IMG/VR virus record: IMGVR_UViG_3300039208_000295
DNA length: 64,000 nt
Strand: one strand, 5' to 3'
Source of the DNA: a virus
Lineage: Duplodnaviria > Heunggongvirae > Uroviricota > Caudoviricetes
The translations under genes were made by a program, and so were the position numbers. Of the stretch, positions 31,828 to 42,216 are shown in pieces. Each line of letters opens with the position of its first letter. The stretch's first letter is position 1. The notes beneath the pieces are model-generated. The model searched no databases, was not told the DNA's origin, and was given only the letters and a program-made list of their open reading frames with translations.

Positions 31828-33109
31828 ACACATTGATCTATGTACGGGACTCCGAGATGTTGGGGCGACTCCCTACATTGTCGGTGGTTGTGTACGTGAT
31901 ATGTTGTTAGGGCGTCGTCCCAAAGATATCGACATTGTTGTTGTCGGTATTGACGAGAACGATTTAATCGACAGAATGGATGCCGCTGGATGGAACATCA
32001 AGTGTGTCGGTGCAGCATTTCCTGTATATCTAATTAATGATATCGAAGTGGCCTTGGCTCGTAAAGAACACAAGGTCGCGGAAGGGCATCGTGGTTTCGA
32101 ATGCGACACTGCAAATATTACGCTGGAAGAAGATCTCTTCCGTCGTGACCTGACTATTAATGCTATTGCAATGGACCCATTTAGTGGAGACATTATCGAT
32201 CCATACAATGGCGTACAACACATTAAGGGACAAATTCTAAACCCTGTTAGTCAACATTTTGCAGAGGACCCGCTACGTGTCCTGCGGGCGGCACGTTTCG
32301 CTGCACAACTAGATTTCAATAGTACAGATGAACTAAAACTGGCGGCAGCCAATGTTCTCCCTGAATTAATTGATCTATCCGGTGAACGTGTATTTGGAGA
32401 ACTACTAAAAGCTCTCCGTAGTGATCGTCCTAGTAAATTCATTACAGTATTGGATGAACTTGGTGCCCTGGAAATTGTATTCCCTGAGATCTACAATCTC
32501 AAAGGGCGTGTTCAACCAGAGAAATATCATCCCGAGGGTGATGCATACGTACATACATTACTTGTTCTAGATCGCTGCCGTGCTCTCGGGGGTGACGATG
32601 AAACAATGTATGCAGCCTTATTACATGATTTAGGTAAGGCGGTCACCCCCGACGACAATTTACCTCACCATTATGATCACGAGCGTCTCGGCGTTCCTCT
32701 TGTGAGGACCTTATCCGAACGCATTAAGGCTCCCACAAGCTTTCGCAAAACTGCTGAAACTGCTTCGCGGGAACATCTTAACGTGCATCGTTTTGATACA
32801 ATGAAACCGATTAAGAAGGTGAGAATGATTGTGAGGCTCGGGGCCTTACAAAATGATCTACTATTGCGTAGGGTGGCTCTCGCCTCACAGGCTGACGCTC
32901 AGGGACGTGGTCCTGATTTTATTGATGCCCCTTATCCAAGCAGAATCAATCTGATTAAGGCGGCTGAAGTTGCTCGCAGTGTAAGGGGTCATGAGTTTGC
33001 CCACCTAAAGAACGGGCGAGTTATTGCACAGAAAATGGAGGCCGCTAGAGCTAAGGCTTTAGAGGCCGCAGGATTCCGTAAGGTAGGAAATAGTTATGGT
33101 AACAATTAA
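31772..33109 (+). CDS. cca: tRNA nucleotidyltransferase (CCA-adding enzyme) with an HD domain
   Basis: Head motifs GGCVRDMLLGRRPKDIDIVV and FRRDLTINA. HD motif LLHDLGK. Confidence 0.8.
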   Translation: MLPLSRIATDMNETILSNKHIDLCTGLRDVGATPYIVGGCVRDMLLGRRPKDIDIVVVGIDENDLIDRMDAAGWNIKCVGAAFPVYLINDIEVALARKEHKVAEGHRGFECDTANITLEEDLFRRDLTINAIAMDPFSGDIIDPYNGVQHIKGQILNPVSQHFAEDPLRVLRAARFAAQLDFNSTDELKLAAANVLPELIDLSGERVFGELLKALRSDRPSKFITVLDELGALEIVFPEIYNLKGRVQPEKYHPEGDAYVHTLLVLDRCRALGGDDETMYAALLHDLGKAVTPDDNLPHHYDHERLGVPLVRTLSERIKAPTSFRKTAETASREHLNVHRFDTMKPIKKVRMIVRLGALQNDLLLRRVALASQADAQGRGPDFIDAPYPSRINLIKAAEVARSVRGHEFAHLKNGRVIAQKMEAARAKALEAAGFRKVGNSYGNN

Positions 33110-33469
33110 AGCTATCGAAGAAAAACTAGTAGAGTACGGCTATAAGCCGCGTTGGGAAAAGCGAGGACCATTGTGGCGATTCTATGCGTGTAACGCTATT
33201 TGGTCACAAGAAAAAACTCGCCATGCTGCTGCCGTCAGAGTTCAAAAACTAGTTTTTGAGAACGATGACTGATATAAAAGATGTCTTTAGAGGTATTATT
33301 CCTAAATGGCATGAAGTTTTGCTGTTTGTGCTATCTTTAATTGCTCTTGGGGTAATGGTTGGAGCACTCTTATGAGTGCTATCGACGAGAAGGTTAATGA
33401 AATCAGGCGTCAAGTCATACTTATTGTCGTAATTATATTTCTTCTTGGTCTTATTGCTGGGGTCATCTT

Positions 33470-33751
33470 ATGAACGAAAGTCAACCCTCACTTCGACGGT
33501 TCCTATTTGTTCGCGACGAAGACGTTTCTGGTGTTAGTGGCGTAGGCGTTGTAGCAGAAGGAACCGAATTTACAGACGGCTCAATTGTGATTCGGTGGCT
33601 TAGTCACATGGCATCGTTTGGTACATTTGCTAATATCAAAGCCTTCCAGTCTATCCATGGTCATAATGGCAAGGGCAAGATTGAATGGCTAGATCCAGAG
33701 CCCACCGACGAAGAGCCAAAGAAAAGTACTTCAAAAAGAAAAAGTAAGTAG
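33470..33751 (+). CDS. Hypothetical protein
   Basis: 93-aa ORF with a Lys-rich tail. Confidence 0.4.
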   Translation: MNESQPSLRRFLFVRDEDVSGVSGVGVVAEGTEFTDGSIVIRWLSHMASFGTFANIKAFQSIHGHNGKGKIEWLDPEPTDEEPKKSTSKRKSK

Positions 33752-33770
33752 TGTACTCATCCTCCATGGG

Positions 33771-34295
33771 TTGGATTGTCCAACCCTATTCAACAGGAGG
33801 AATTGTATGAGTGCATTAACACAATCGCAAATTGATACTCTGGCCGAAGGCTGGAAACTGAAGGTAGCGGGCCAAGCTCAGTATGAATATCATCGTATGA
33901 GCGAAATCGCTAAGTTAATCTCGGAGGAAAATTGGGATGAGGTAAAGGTCCAGTTAACATTTGGTAAAGATAAGTACGTGGTTCATACGCTTGCTTTGGA
34001 TATCTTTTATCTAATGTTACAAAGTGCTCTGGGCAGACGAGTTCCCGAGGAGGAGGCTGTCGGTGACTTATCTGAGCAGGATATGCTTTTCCTGGAAAAC
34101 AAATATAACGAATTTGCTCCCACGGTACCTGTTATTATCGCCAATCTTGAATCTCTTTTGACCTTCTTAAACTCGGGCAATACTGGCCCGGAGTTTATTT
34201 TACTATTTGACACTACTAAGTTGCTAACGCACGAGCTGTTTGTGAAAGAGCAAGCATGGACTCACCACTTCCAGGCGTTAGCTTATGAGCAATGA
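33771..34295 (+). CDS. Hypothetical protein
   Basis: 174-aa ORF. Confidence 0.4.
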   Translation: MDCPTLFNRRNCMSALTQSQIDTLAEGWKLKVAGQAQYEYHRMSEIAKLISEENWDEVKVQLTFGKDKYVVHTLALDIFYLMLQSALGRRVPEEEAVGDLSEQDMLFLENKYNEFAPTVPVIIANLESLLTFLNSGNTGPEFILLFDTTKLLTHELFVKEQAWTHHFQALAYEQ

Positions 34296-35365
34296 AAGAC
34301 AGTCTACTTTTAAATAAAATTTGGAAAGAGGTGGAGGCTGGCAATGTGTCCGCCAGCCGCACCGACAACCTTACTATATTCAAATATACTCAGGATTGTC
34401 ATATTCAGGGTAATTGGAATGACGTTAATCGTCAGTGTCGAGGAATCATATTCCGCGATGACGGCACCGTTGTAGCTAGACCCTTTTCTAAATTTTTCAA
34501 TTTAAATGAGCTTCCTGAAACTGAGCCTCGAAATCTCCCATGGCGTGAGGGGATAGAGGTATACGAAAAGCTCGATGGTAGCTGTGGCACGGGGTATCGT
34601 AAAGAAACGTGGGATGCTGGTATTGGTACACATACGAAATGGTTTATAGCAACGCCAGGCAGCATGGAATCAGACCAGGCTGTCGAGGGTACTGCCATGC
34701 TTGGTATGTACAATCTAGAATTCATGCCACAAAACTGTACACCAGTATTCGAGATTATCTATCCTGATAATAGAATTGTCGTAGATTATAACGGTTTTCG
34801 TGGATTGGTATTGTTAGCTATCTTCGATCACAACGGAGAAGAGTGGCATCCACGTCGTGTAGACAGTATTGCTGAAGTTTGTGGTTTCCGCAGACCAAAA
34901 GTATATGACATCGATATTCGTGGAGAGATTCCTTTTGAGGATAACGCTGAAGGCTATGTCGCAAGATTTGGTTGTGGCACGCGTGTGAAAATCAAAAGCC
35001 CAGCTTACCTCAGGATTCATAGATTGTTGGATCGTCTCTCGCCCAAAGGAGTTATCGAACTAATGCAGGGCAGAGAATACGGTATGACTGTGCGTCAATT
35101 ACCTGACTCTATCGCCAAGGATTTCGACGATATCCGTGCTCATGTCCAGGGAGTCTTTAACTCTGTTCTTACAGAAGTTGGCGAGAAATATCGTGACATG
35201 ATGGAGACCGTTGGTCAACATGCGAATCGAAAAGCCTATGCTATGTGGATTGCGGAGAACGCACCGCAAGAACTTGCTGGCTTTGTTTTTGCTATGATGG
35301 ATGGCAAAGATTTCGATCATAAGATTTGGAAGCTAGTATTAGAGAAAGTTACCAATGGTTCATAA
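34292..35365 (+). CDS. rnlA: RNA ligase 1 (T4 RnlA-like)
   Basis: CRGIIFRDDGTVVARPFSKFFNLNE matches the T4 Rnl1 stretch C-R-G-I-M-F-E...R-P-M-E-K-F-F-N-L-N-E. Motif I EKLDGS. Confidence 0.8.
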   Translation: MKDSLLLNKIWKEVEAGNVSASRTDNLTIFKYTQDCHIQGNWNDVNRQCRGIIFRDDGTVVARPFSKFFNLNELPETEPRNLPWREGIEVYEKLDGSCGTGYRKETWDAGIGTHTKWFIATPGSMESDQAVEGTAMLGMYNLEFMPQNCTPVFEIIYPDNRIVVDYNGFRGLVLLAIFDHNGEEWHPRRVDSIAEVCGFRRPKVYDIDIRGEIPFEDNAEGYVARFGCGTRVKIKSPAYLRIHRLLDRLSPKGVIELMQGREYGMTVRQLPDSIAKDFDDIRAHVQGVFNSVLTEVGEKYRDMMETVGQHANRKAYAMWIAENAPQELAGFVFAMMDGKDFDHKIWKLVLEKVTNGS

Positions 35366-35843
35366 GACAGTTTATCTCGCAGGACCAATTGATGGTCTCT
35401 CATACCGAGACGGTATTGAATGGCGAGATGCGGCTAGAGAAGAACTAGCTAAATATGGCATCAAGGCGATGTCTCCCCAACGCGGTAAGGGATACATTAT
35501 GTCACATGAGGCTATTGCTGACGAAATGGATTTTTCTAAGCAAGAGGCTCACTTTGCAGATGACCCAATGAGTACAGCTCGTGGCGTATTGACACGCGAT
35601 AAGTTTGATGCTCTAAATTGTAGCGTTCTCCTGGTTAATTTCTTGGGAGCCAAACGCGTATCAATTGGCACAGTAATGGAAATTGCTTGGGCGTATCTAC
35701 AAGGGAAACCTATCGTAGTGGTAATTGAAGATGATAATCAATTACATGGTGTACACCCTATGTTAAGAGAAACATTTTCATTCCGAGTTAATAACTTGGA
35801 AAAGGGTGTCGAAATTGTTCAGGGTATCTTCCAGGGATACTAG
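35355..35843 (+). CDS. Nucleoside 2-deoxyribosyltransferase-like protein
   Basis: N-terminal VYLAGPI motif of the NDT/Rcl family. Confidence 0.45.
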   Translation: MVHKTVYLAGPIDGLSYRDGIEWRDAAREELAKYGIKAMSPQRGKGYIMSHEAIADEMDFSKQEAHFADDPMSTARGVLTRDKFDALNCSVLLVNFLGAKRVSIGTVMEIAWAYLQGKPIVVVIEDDNQLHGVHPMLRETFSFRVNNLEKGVEIVQGIFQGY

Positions 35844-35880
35844 TAAGGAAAACACAGGGACTTCCAGCATTTTTTAGAAC

Positions 35881-36618
35881 ATGAATCCAATAGACCGTTT
35901 AGCAAAGACTGACGAAGAGTACTTTGACCGCACGCAAGGCGTGCAGGGGACAGAGAGAGTGCCAAAAAACACCCCCGGTACCTATTTTATTGCACTTTCT
36001 GGTAAAAAGCAGTGTGGTAAAAATACTGCTGCTGAAATCATTCAACGGCTACTCGGCCCTTACAACATGAGTAGCGAAGTTGTCGCATTCGCAGACATTA
36101 TCAAGGATATTTCTATCAATATATTGGGATTTGATAGAGATCTTGTTTATGGCAGCGATGAAGACAAAAACACGATGACGCATATTAGGTGGGACAATTT
36201 TCCCATGGAAATCCGATTGCGTTATAGTCGTGACAAACCAAGTCTTGTTGCTGATCTTACGCAACGCACACCTCGCAGTGGGAATATGACAATTCGTGAA
36301 GTGCTACAGGTAATGGGCACCGATGTGTTTCGTCAAATGTTTTTCCAAGACATTTGGGCCCAAGCACCGTTCCGCAAACAATACTCTCAAGACGTTGTAT
36401 TGTTAGCCGACTGTCGTTTCCCAAACGAAAAAGAGGCAACCGAGGGTAACGGTGGCATAGTTATCCGGCTAGAGCGGGACACTGGAATGATTGATAAACA
36501 CCCGAGCGAAACAGCTCTAGACGGCTATCAATTTGATTACTCTTTTAATAACAATGGCACACTTGAAGAGCTGGAGAACTTTCTAAAGAGTGTATTGCGA
36601 GACGTTGGATTACTATGA
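35881..36618 (+). CDS. Deoxynucleoside monophosphate kinase (T4 gp1-like)
   Basis: LSGKKQCGKNT against T4 gp1 L-S-G-V-K-R-S-G-K-D-T. LQVMGTD against Q-A-L-G-T-D. C-terminal NGTLEEL against D-G-S-L-E-E-L. Confidence 0.65.
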   Translation: MNPIDRLAKTDEEYFDRTQGVQGTERVPKNTPGTYFIALSGKKQCGKNTAAEIIQRLLGPYNMSSEVVAFADIIKDISINILGFDRDLVYGSDEDKNTMTHIRWDNFPMEIRLRYSRDKPSLVADLTQRTPRSGNMTIREVLQVMGTDVFRQMFFQDIWAQAPFRKQYSQDVVLLADCRFPNEKEATEGNGGIVIRLERDTGMIDKHPSETALDGYQFDYSFNNNGTLEELENFLKSVLRDVGLL

Positions 36619-36777
36619 ACGAAAATAACATCAATATTACTGGTGATGAAGCTCGTTTGCTTCTTCAAACTATGGCCAGTCATCCTATTGTACAATTATT
36701 TCTAAAATTACAGCAGCTTAGTCTAGTACAACCGGCTAACCCTGTTACACCACAACAAACGACGGAGGCAACTCAAA

Positions 36778-37236
36778 ATGACCCGACTCGACAGGGATAA
36801 TCTCAGATTCTCATTTCGCCCGAAAGCCCGAGTGGCTATTGGCGTTTATACGCTCGATGGTCGTGCATACATTGCAGCGGCTTTTGCCAATGATGGAGTC
36901 AAGGGTGACGTTATCAATCCAGATCGTCGTGACAATTGGTGTCGTCGTACGGCTCGCACAATTATCTCGCAACGTATTTCTAGCTACTTAGATGGTAATG
37001 ATCGCGTGCGTTTCGTACGAGAAATCGATGCTGGTAGTCTAAGTGCCGTGGGTATTGTGAACGCCTTGCGAAACAGCTTTAAACCAGATCCGGAAGAAAG
37101 CGATATGACTTTTTATGGGTATCATGACACCCTTGGGGCTCCTATCACATATCGTCTACCTGTAGACGACATGTGGGAGGGAATTCTTGGAATGATCGAC
37201 AGTATTGACGTACCCCATGCGAGTTCTCGTTTATGA
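36778..37236 (+). CDS. Hypothetical protein
   Basis: 152-aa ORF. Confidence 0.4.
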   Translation: MTRLDRDNLRFSFRPKARVAIGVYTLDGRAYIAAAFANDGVKGDVINPDRRDNWCRRTARTIISQRISSYLDGNDRVRFVREIDAGSLSAVGIVNALRNSFKPDPEESDMTFYGYHDTLGAPITYRLPVDDMWEGILGMIDSIDVPHASSRL

Positions 37237-37816
37237 TACTGAAACCGGGGGCACTAACCCGGACAAACATAGCTTGTTATCTTTGGGAGCCCTTGCTGGC
37301 GACCTAGATACCGGCGAGGTATTCGGTCAGTTTGAACTATTACATAAATTGCCTTCTTTAGATGACTATGTTATCGATCAAGGTGCTATTGAAGTTCATG
37401 GCATTACTGCTGCTCAATGTATGGCAGAAGGAGTGCTTACAGATCAAATTCGAGATCAATTTGCTGACCTGTATTATGACAACAATTGTGTTCTGTTAGG
37501 TGGACACAACGTTGTCTTCGACGAAAACTTTGTCGCTAGACAACTGTTTGGTATTTCAAATTCCGAGTTTGAGCAAACATTTACTTACTCTAAATTAGAT
37601 ACGCTGCCGGTTATTCGCTTCTTTGCTGGTGTTGAAAAAATGAAACAGGGTGCTACCCTGAAACAAACAACAAAAGCACTCGGTATTGATATGAGCGATA
37701 TTAAGTCTGGTGGTTATCACGCAGCCCTATTCGATGTTATTGCCACCTTCCGTATTATGTGTAAGTTTAGGAAGGTACTATCCGACCAAGCGGTCGTGGA
37801 GATGTTAACAAAATGA
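37205..37816 (+). CDS. DnaQ-like 3'-5' exonuclease
   Basis: Exo I motif VLVYDTETGG (D-x-E), and a later Exo III-type YHAALFD. Confidence 0.65.
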   Translation: MTYPMRVLVYDTETGGTNPDKHSLLSLGALAGDLDTGEVFGQFELLHKLPSLDDYVIDQGAIEVHGITAAQCMAEGVLTDQIRDQFADLYYDNNCVLLGGHNVVFDENFVARQLFGISNSEFEQTFTYSKLDTLPVIRFFAGVEKMKQGATLKQTTKALGIDMSDIKSGGYHAALFDVIATFRIMCKFRKVLSDQAVVEMLTK

Positions 37817-37991
37817 GACGAAGAGATATACAACGTAAGTTCCTGCGTCGTCATCGCTGGAAGGCCGTACATGGTATGAAGCAAAACGGCAAGTTTAAGT
37901 GGGTTTGGATTTATCCCGGCTGTAGCACCGCTTATTCGCGAGAAGAAGCGTATGCAATTGAAATTCAGCGACAAACCCCAAAAATCTCTGT

Positions 37992-38483
37992 ATGAATAGG
38001 CGATTTGATTATCGCAGCAAAGAAGAATTCAAACGAGAGATTAAGGATCGCACCGAGCAAGAGCGTCTTCTATTTCTTAGGTGGATTAAGATTTTAGAGG
38101 CGGAAGCCGGTGGAATCACCCCCAAGTATCAGGACAATGGTTGTGGACAGCATGGTGAATTCTTAGAGAACCATGAAGTCTCGCTTGATGCTGACTTTGT
38201 TGTAGATGGGTACGGCCCACTTGAGGTAAAATTTGCCAAACCGTTATTGAAGGATGTATTTCATCTTAAAGTAGGACAGACTAAGTCTTACATTAAGCAG
38301 GGAGCAACTGTCTTAATGGTGAATGGTGCCGATGAATTGGTGCCAGATTACGTGCTACTAAATCCAGAGGTTCTGCAAAATATCGTGGATAACTGTCCGG
38401 TAGTACGATGGGGTGGGTTTGGCGGTAAACCATCTTACCGAATTAAGGTTGATAAATATATTTGGAGACCTCTGTTACCATGA
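37992..38483 (+). CDS. Hypothetical protein
   Basis: 163-aa ORF. Confidence 0.4.
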   Translation: MNRRFDYRSKEEFKREIKDRTEQERLLFLRWIKILEAEAGGITPKYQDNGCGQHGEFLENHEVSLDADFVVDGYGPLEVKFAKPLLKDVFHLKVGQTKSYIKQGATVLMVNGADELVPDYVLLNPEVLQNIVDNCPVVRWGGFGGKPSYRIKVDKYIWRPLLP

Positions 38484-39046
38484 TGTTCGATGTTATTATC
38501 CCCACTATCGATAGAGAAACCTTAGATCGTGCGGTTGAATCAGTAATTGCACAGACATACCAAGATTGGCGTCTTCAATTAGTGTTTCATGGTGTTCCTA
38601 CTCGTCATTTTGACGACTATAGAGTGCGTAGTTGGTACGTGCCAAAAGACCAGCCTGATTATGGAGCATCTGCCCGCAACTTTGGTTACGCCAGAGGTGT
38701 CGCTCCCTGTATTGCTTATTTAGATGACGATGATATTTGGCATCCAAATCATTTGGAAACAATTCATAAGTTAATTGAAAGTGATCCATACGCCAACATG
38801 TTTAAAACGGCGGCTCAAGAAATGCGAGTCAGGCATGATCGTCTTACTCGCAACCGTATTCGATTTCGTACCGTTAATAGCACTGACCCACTGACTATTA
38901 CTATCGCACATAGTCGCAGCCTTTTCCTGAGAACTCAGGGGTGGCAACCCGTGGACAATCACGATCATCTTTTGTGGAAAGAAATGCTAGACAGCGGTGG
39001 CACGCCCCTATATAGCGATGAAGTAACGGCGGCCTTTGCAAGATGA
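38462..39046 (+). CDS. Glycosyltransferase family 2-like protein
   Basis: IIPTIDRETLDRAVESV and the D-x-D region AYLDDDDIW. Confidence 0.55.
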   Translation: METSVTMMFDVIIPTIDRETLDRAVESVIAQTYQDWRLQLVFHGVPTRHFDDYRVRSWYVPKDQPDYGASARNFGYARGVAPCIAYLDDDDIWHPNHLETIHKLIESDPYANMFKTAAQEMRVRHDRLTRNRIRFRTVNSTDPLTITIAHSRSLFLRTQGWQPVDNHDHLLWKEMLDSGGTPLYSDEVTAAFAR

Positions 39047-40143
39047 AAATTATTAATTTTTATAGTGAGAACGTTAAACGTTTACGAGCCGTAGACATTA
39101 CACCCTCCGCAGACGACAATGTAGTAATTTTATCTGGTGGAAATGAAGCTGGCAAAAGTTCTGTTTTGGATGCTATTTGGTTGGCCCTAGACTACAGTGC
39201 TGCCAAAAAAGACAATCCACAACCATTAAGGGCTGGTGCTCAGCGTGGCAAAGCTGTCATTGATATGGGCGAATATATTGTCACCCGTATTTTTAGAGAT
39301 AGTGGAACTAGTGCTCTACAAATTACAACTCCAGACCAGAGCAAAATTGCCCAGCCTCAGAAACTCCTCGACGGCTTAATTGGTGATCTATCATTTGACC
39401 CATGGGATTTCGCCAGACAAAGCGAGAAAGAGCAACGAGAAATTCTGGCGGATGTTATTTATCGAGCCACAAATGGTCAAGTAGACCTCAATGATTTTGA
39501 CGCCAGGCATAAGAAGTTATATGACGAGAGAACTGACCTCAATCGTACTAAAAAACGGCTGTCGGCCACACTGAGTGGGATGACAGTACCAGCTCCCGAC
39601 ACGCCGACAGAGGAGATTGATATTAGTGCTCTTACTCAGCAATTAGAAACGATTAGGCAACAGTTAGAGCAGGCGACCACCCATAACCGACGCGTCGAAG
39701 ATGCCAAAAAATATCGCGAAATGCATGCGGAACTAACGCAGACAGATAAAGCAATTGATGGATTGAATAGAGCTATAGAATTAAATAAAATTAATAAAGA
39801 AGAGGCTCTTGAAGACGCATTGGCTGAAGGTCCGTTCAAAATCAAGGGGTTGAAACTTACTGAGGACGGCCTTATGATTGAGAACGAAGAGGGGCAATTA
39901 GTGCCATTCAAGCAAGGATCTGCGGCTCGTCAGATTCGAATTTCCTTGGGAATTGGAATGGCTGCGAACCCCAAACTAAGAGTAATGTACATTCGAGATG
40001 GCTCCTTATTGAACGACAAGAACATGCAAATCGTACGAGAAATGGCAGAGGAAAACGACTATCAGGTATGGGTTGAAGTAGTATCTCGAAATGAGAACGA
40101 TAAAATGGGGGTTTACATCGAAGACGGTCGTGTTGCAAATTAG
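39043..40143 (+). CDS. SMC/SbcC/RecF-like AAA ATPase
   Basis: Walker A LSGGNEAGKSS. Central coiled coil. C-terminal signature-like SAARQIRISLGIG and a Walker B / D-loop VMYIRDGSLL. Confidence 0.55.
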   Translation: MKIINFYSENVKRLRAVDITPSADDNVVILSGGNEAGKSSVLDAIWLALDYSAAKKDNPQPLRAGAQRGKAVIDMGEYIVTRIFRDSGTSALQITTPDQSKIAQPQKLLDGLIGDLSFDPWDFARQSEKEQREILADVIYRATNGQVDLNDFDARHKKLYDERTDLNRTKKRLSATLSGMTVPAPDTPTEEIDISALTQQLETIRQQLEQATTHNRRVEDAKKYREMHAELTQTDKAIDGLNRAIELNKINKEEALEDALAEGPFKIKGLKLTEDGLMIENEEGQLVPFKQGSAARQIRISLGIGMAANPKLRVMYIRDGSLLNDKNMQIVREMAEENDYQVWVEVVSRNENDKMGVYIEDGRVAN

Positions 40144-40172
40144 TGTAGTCTTCTTAGAAGGAGGCTGTCTAC

Positions 40173-40565
40173 ATGGCCATTAAACTTAATTGGGAAACGG
40201 TGTGTAAAGTTAATGAGCGTCTTACTAATGAGATGAAAATCCCCGCAGATGCTCCCATTACTTTTAACTTATTGCTGACTGACAACAAAATCGTAAAACG
40301 CACGATTCGATTCGAACACTTCCTAAAGTTCTTTTGGGATATTTCTGAAACTAATAGCGTGCAAGTTATCGGTCTAGTTATTACCGATCGGCAGGGACAC
40401 GTACTTTATCGTCACAAGCAAGTCACTGCCGGATCAGAAGAAATTCCTTCCGTTGGCAATCCTTCAATTCTGGAAGGCTGGAATGAGCTTTCCGACCAAG
40501 CAAAACAAACATATCTAGAAATCACCATCGCTCAAATCAATGCTGCTAATGAACCAACCGACTGA
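40173..40565 (+). CDS. Hypothetical protein
   Basis: 130-aa ORF. Confidence 0.4.
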   Translation: MAIKLNWETVCKVNERLTNEMKIPADAPITFNLLLTDNKIVKRTIRFEHFLKFFWDISETNSVQVIGLVITDRQGHVLYRHKQVTAGSEEIPSVGNPSILEGWNELSDQAKQTYLEITIAQINAANEPTD

Positions 40566-41079
40566 GCCGCTACAAACAATTCCTGCCCAAGAATGGGACG
40601 CACTGATTGGTAATATCGTAAAACGCTTTACTCCGTTTTGTTACATGGAGTCTACCGTTGATCGTGACGATTTAGTACAAGAGGCGTGGGTAGCCCTATT
40701 GCGTGCGTGTGCAAACTTCAAGCCCGAATTGGCTGGTAACTGTAAGTTTACCACATATGCTTACACGTACATTAACGGATCGCTTTGCCGACTTGTCGGC
40801 AAGCGTAAACAAACCGTTGACACCGTTGGTCTTGATCCTGACCACACAAACATCCCAATGAAGCTCGAAGATACTATCGAGCGTGATGATCTACGTAAAA
40901 AGATATTCGGCCTTGTTGAAGACGAAGAATACGTAGAGTTAATTCACAAGCACTTCATTGATGGAAAGTCATATAGAGAATTAGCTAAAGAGTATGGCTG
41001 TTCTCACAACTCTATCAATATTAGAATCCAGAAGTTGCTTGCGGTTTTGAACCACAGATTGCAAAATGAAAACCGTTGA
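40540..41079 (+). CDS. RNA polymerase sigma factor (sigma-70 family)
   Basis: Region 2 DDLVQEAWVALLRA. Region 4 HTH SYRELAKEYGCSHNSINIRIQKL. Confidence 0.7.
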   Translation: MLLMNQPTEPLQTIPAQEWDALIGNIVKRFTPFCYMESTVDRDDLVQEAWVALLRACANFKPELAGNCKFTTYAYTYINGSLCRLVGKRKQTVDTVGLDPDHTNIPMKLEDTIERDDLRKKIFGLVEDEEYVELIHKHFIDGKSYRELAKEYGCSHNSINIRIQKLLAVLNHRLQNENR

Positions 41080-41269
41080 ATTACTAGAGTGCAGAACGTG
41101 TAATGGCACGTATTATGCTGGCGACAAAGATGTCACGTTAAAAGCTGGTGACGAACGCACTTTACCTGACGAACTTTACATTGCAGTTCGTAAGGTTCGT
41201 ATGTGTGCTAGTTGCAAACAACGTGAAGACCGTTCGTTAAGCGGCAAAAGAAAAAGGTTTAATCAATGA
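41066..41269 (+). CDS. Small zinc-finger protein
   Basis: CRTCNG...CASC. Confidence 0.4.
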   Translation: MKTVELLECRTCNGTYYAGDKDVTLKAGDERTLPDELYIAVRKVRMCASCKQREDRSLSGKRKRFNQ

Positions 41270-42216
41270 TCGATACCTACACGCCTATCGAACATTGGCA
41301 GGCTGGCCAGAGTCTTGATACCGTATTTATGGTGGACTCTGTTTCTCAAGGACACACAAGAGAAAATAAGCCATTTATTAGACTCACGCTTAAGGATGTT
41401 ACCGGCACAATTGAAGGTAATGTTTGGGGGGCTTCCCTAAAAACTACCAGGGATTTATTTGTACCCGGCGAGTATATTAGAGCTAGTCTAGCATTACACT
41501 TCTACCAAAATCAGTTACAATTTAAAACAACTCTTGACAAGATTCAGAAATATCGCGGCATTCCCGAAAACATTCATGATTATGTTTTGGGTCCCAATGA
41601 GAATGTTCTAGATGTATATCAAGACGATTTATCTGCACTCTTAGATGATGTAGATGACGCAGAGTACAGAGATATTATTGGCTCTGCTAGGGCTCGTGGC
41701 GGTATTTTGAATACGCTACGAACCACACCATACGGTCTCGATGGACCGTTAGCGTACAGAGGTGGGCTAATGATTCATACACTGAAGTCCACAAACCTGG
41801 CGATGGCGGCAATCGAGGATTTCGATGCTACCATTAGTCGTTCCCTCGTTGTTGCCGGTTGCCTATTCCGAAATATCGGATGGGCAACCACAACCTTCTT
41901 TGAAGGCAACATCCTGCGTCCTAAGGACGCATTCTATATGACTGGTCTCTATCGGGCGTCAGCCCGATATGTAGACCATACAATGCTAAACGTAGAGTCT
42001 GATCTCAATATTGAAATTCCCGAAGGCAAAAAACAGGCTCTTCATAATCTCTGTAACAAAGCAGATCACATTAATACAGTAGAAGGTCGTGTTGTGGCTC
42101 AGGCTAATTACATGGTTGACATACTACAACACAGCGAAGAAAAACTACGAAAAATTGCAAAGGGTAACTGGAGACCCGACCATGTCCACGGAATCTTTGT
42201 CGGACATCACGGATAG
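41266..42216 (+). CDS. OB-fold plus HD-domain phosphohydrolase (YhaM-like)
   Basis: N-terminal OB-like segment, then HD motif region MIHTLKSTNLAMAAIEDF. Confidence 0.45.
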   Translation: MIDTYTPIEHWQAGQSLDTVFMVDSVSQGHTRENKPFIRLTLKDVTGTIEGNVWGASLKTTRDLFVPGEYIRASLALHFYQNQLQFKTTLDKIQKYRGIPENIHDYVLGPNENVLDVYQDDLSALLDDVDDAEYRDIIGSARARGGILNTLRTTPYGLDGPLAYRGGLMIHTLKSTNLAMAAIEDFDATISRSLVVAGCLFRNIGWATTTFFEGNILRPKDAFYMTGLYRASARYVDHTMLNVESDLNIEIPEGKKQALHNLCNKADHINTVEGRVVAQANYMVDILQHSEEKLRKIAKGNWRPDHVHGIFVGHHG

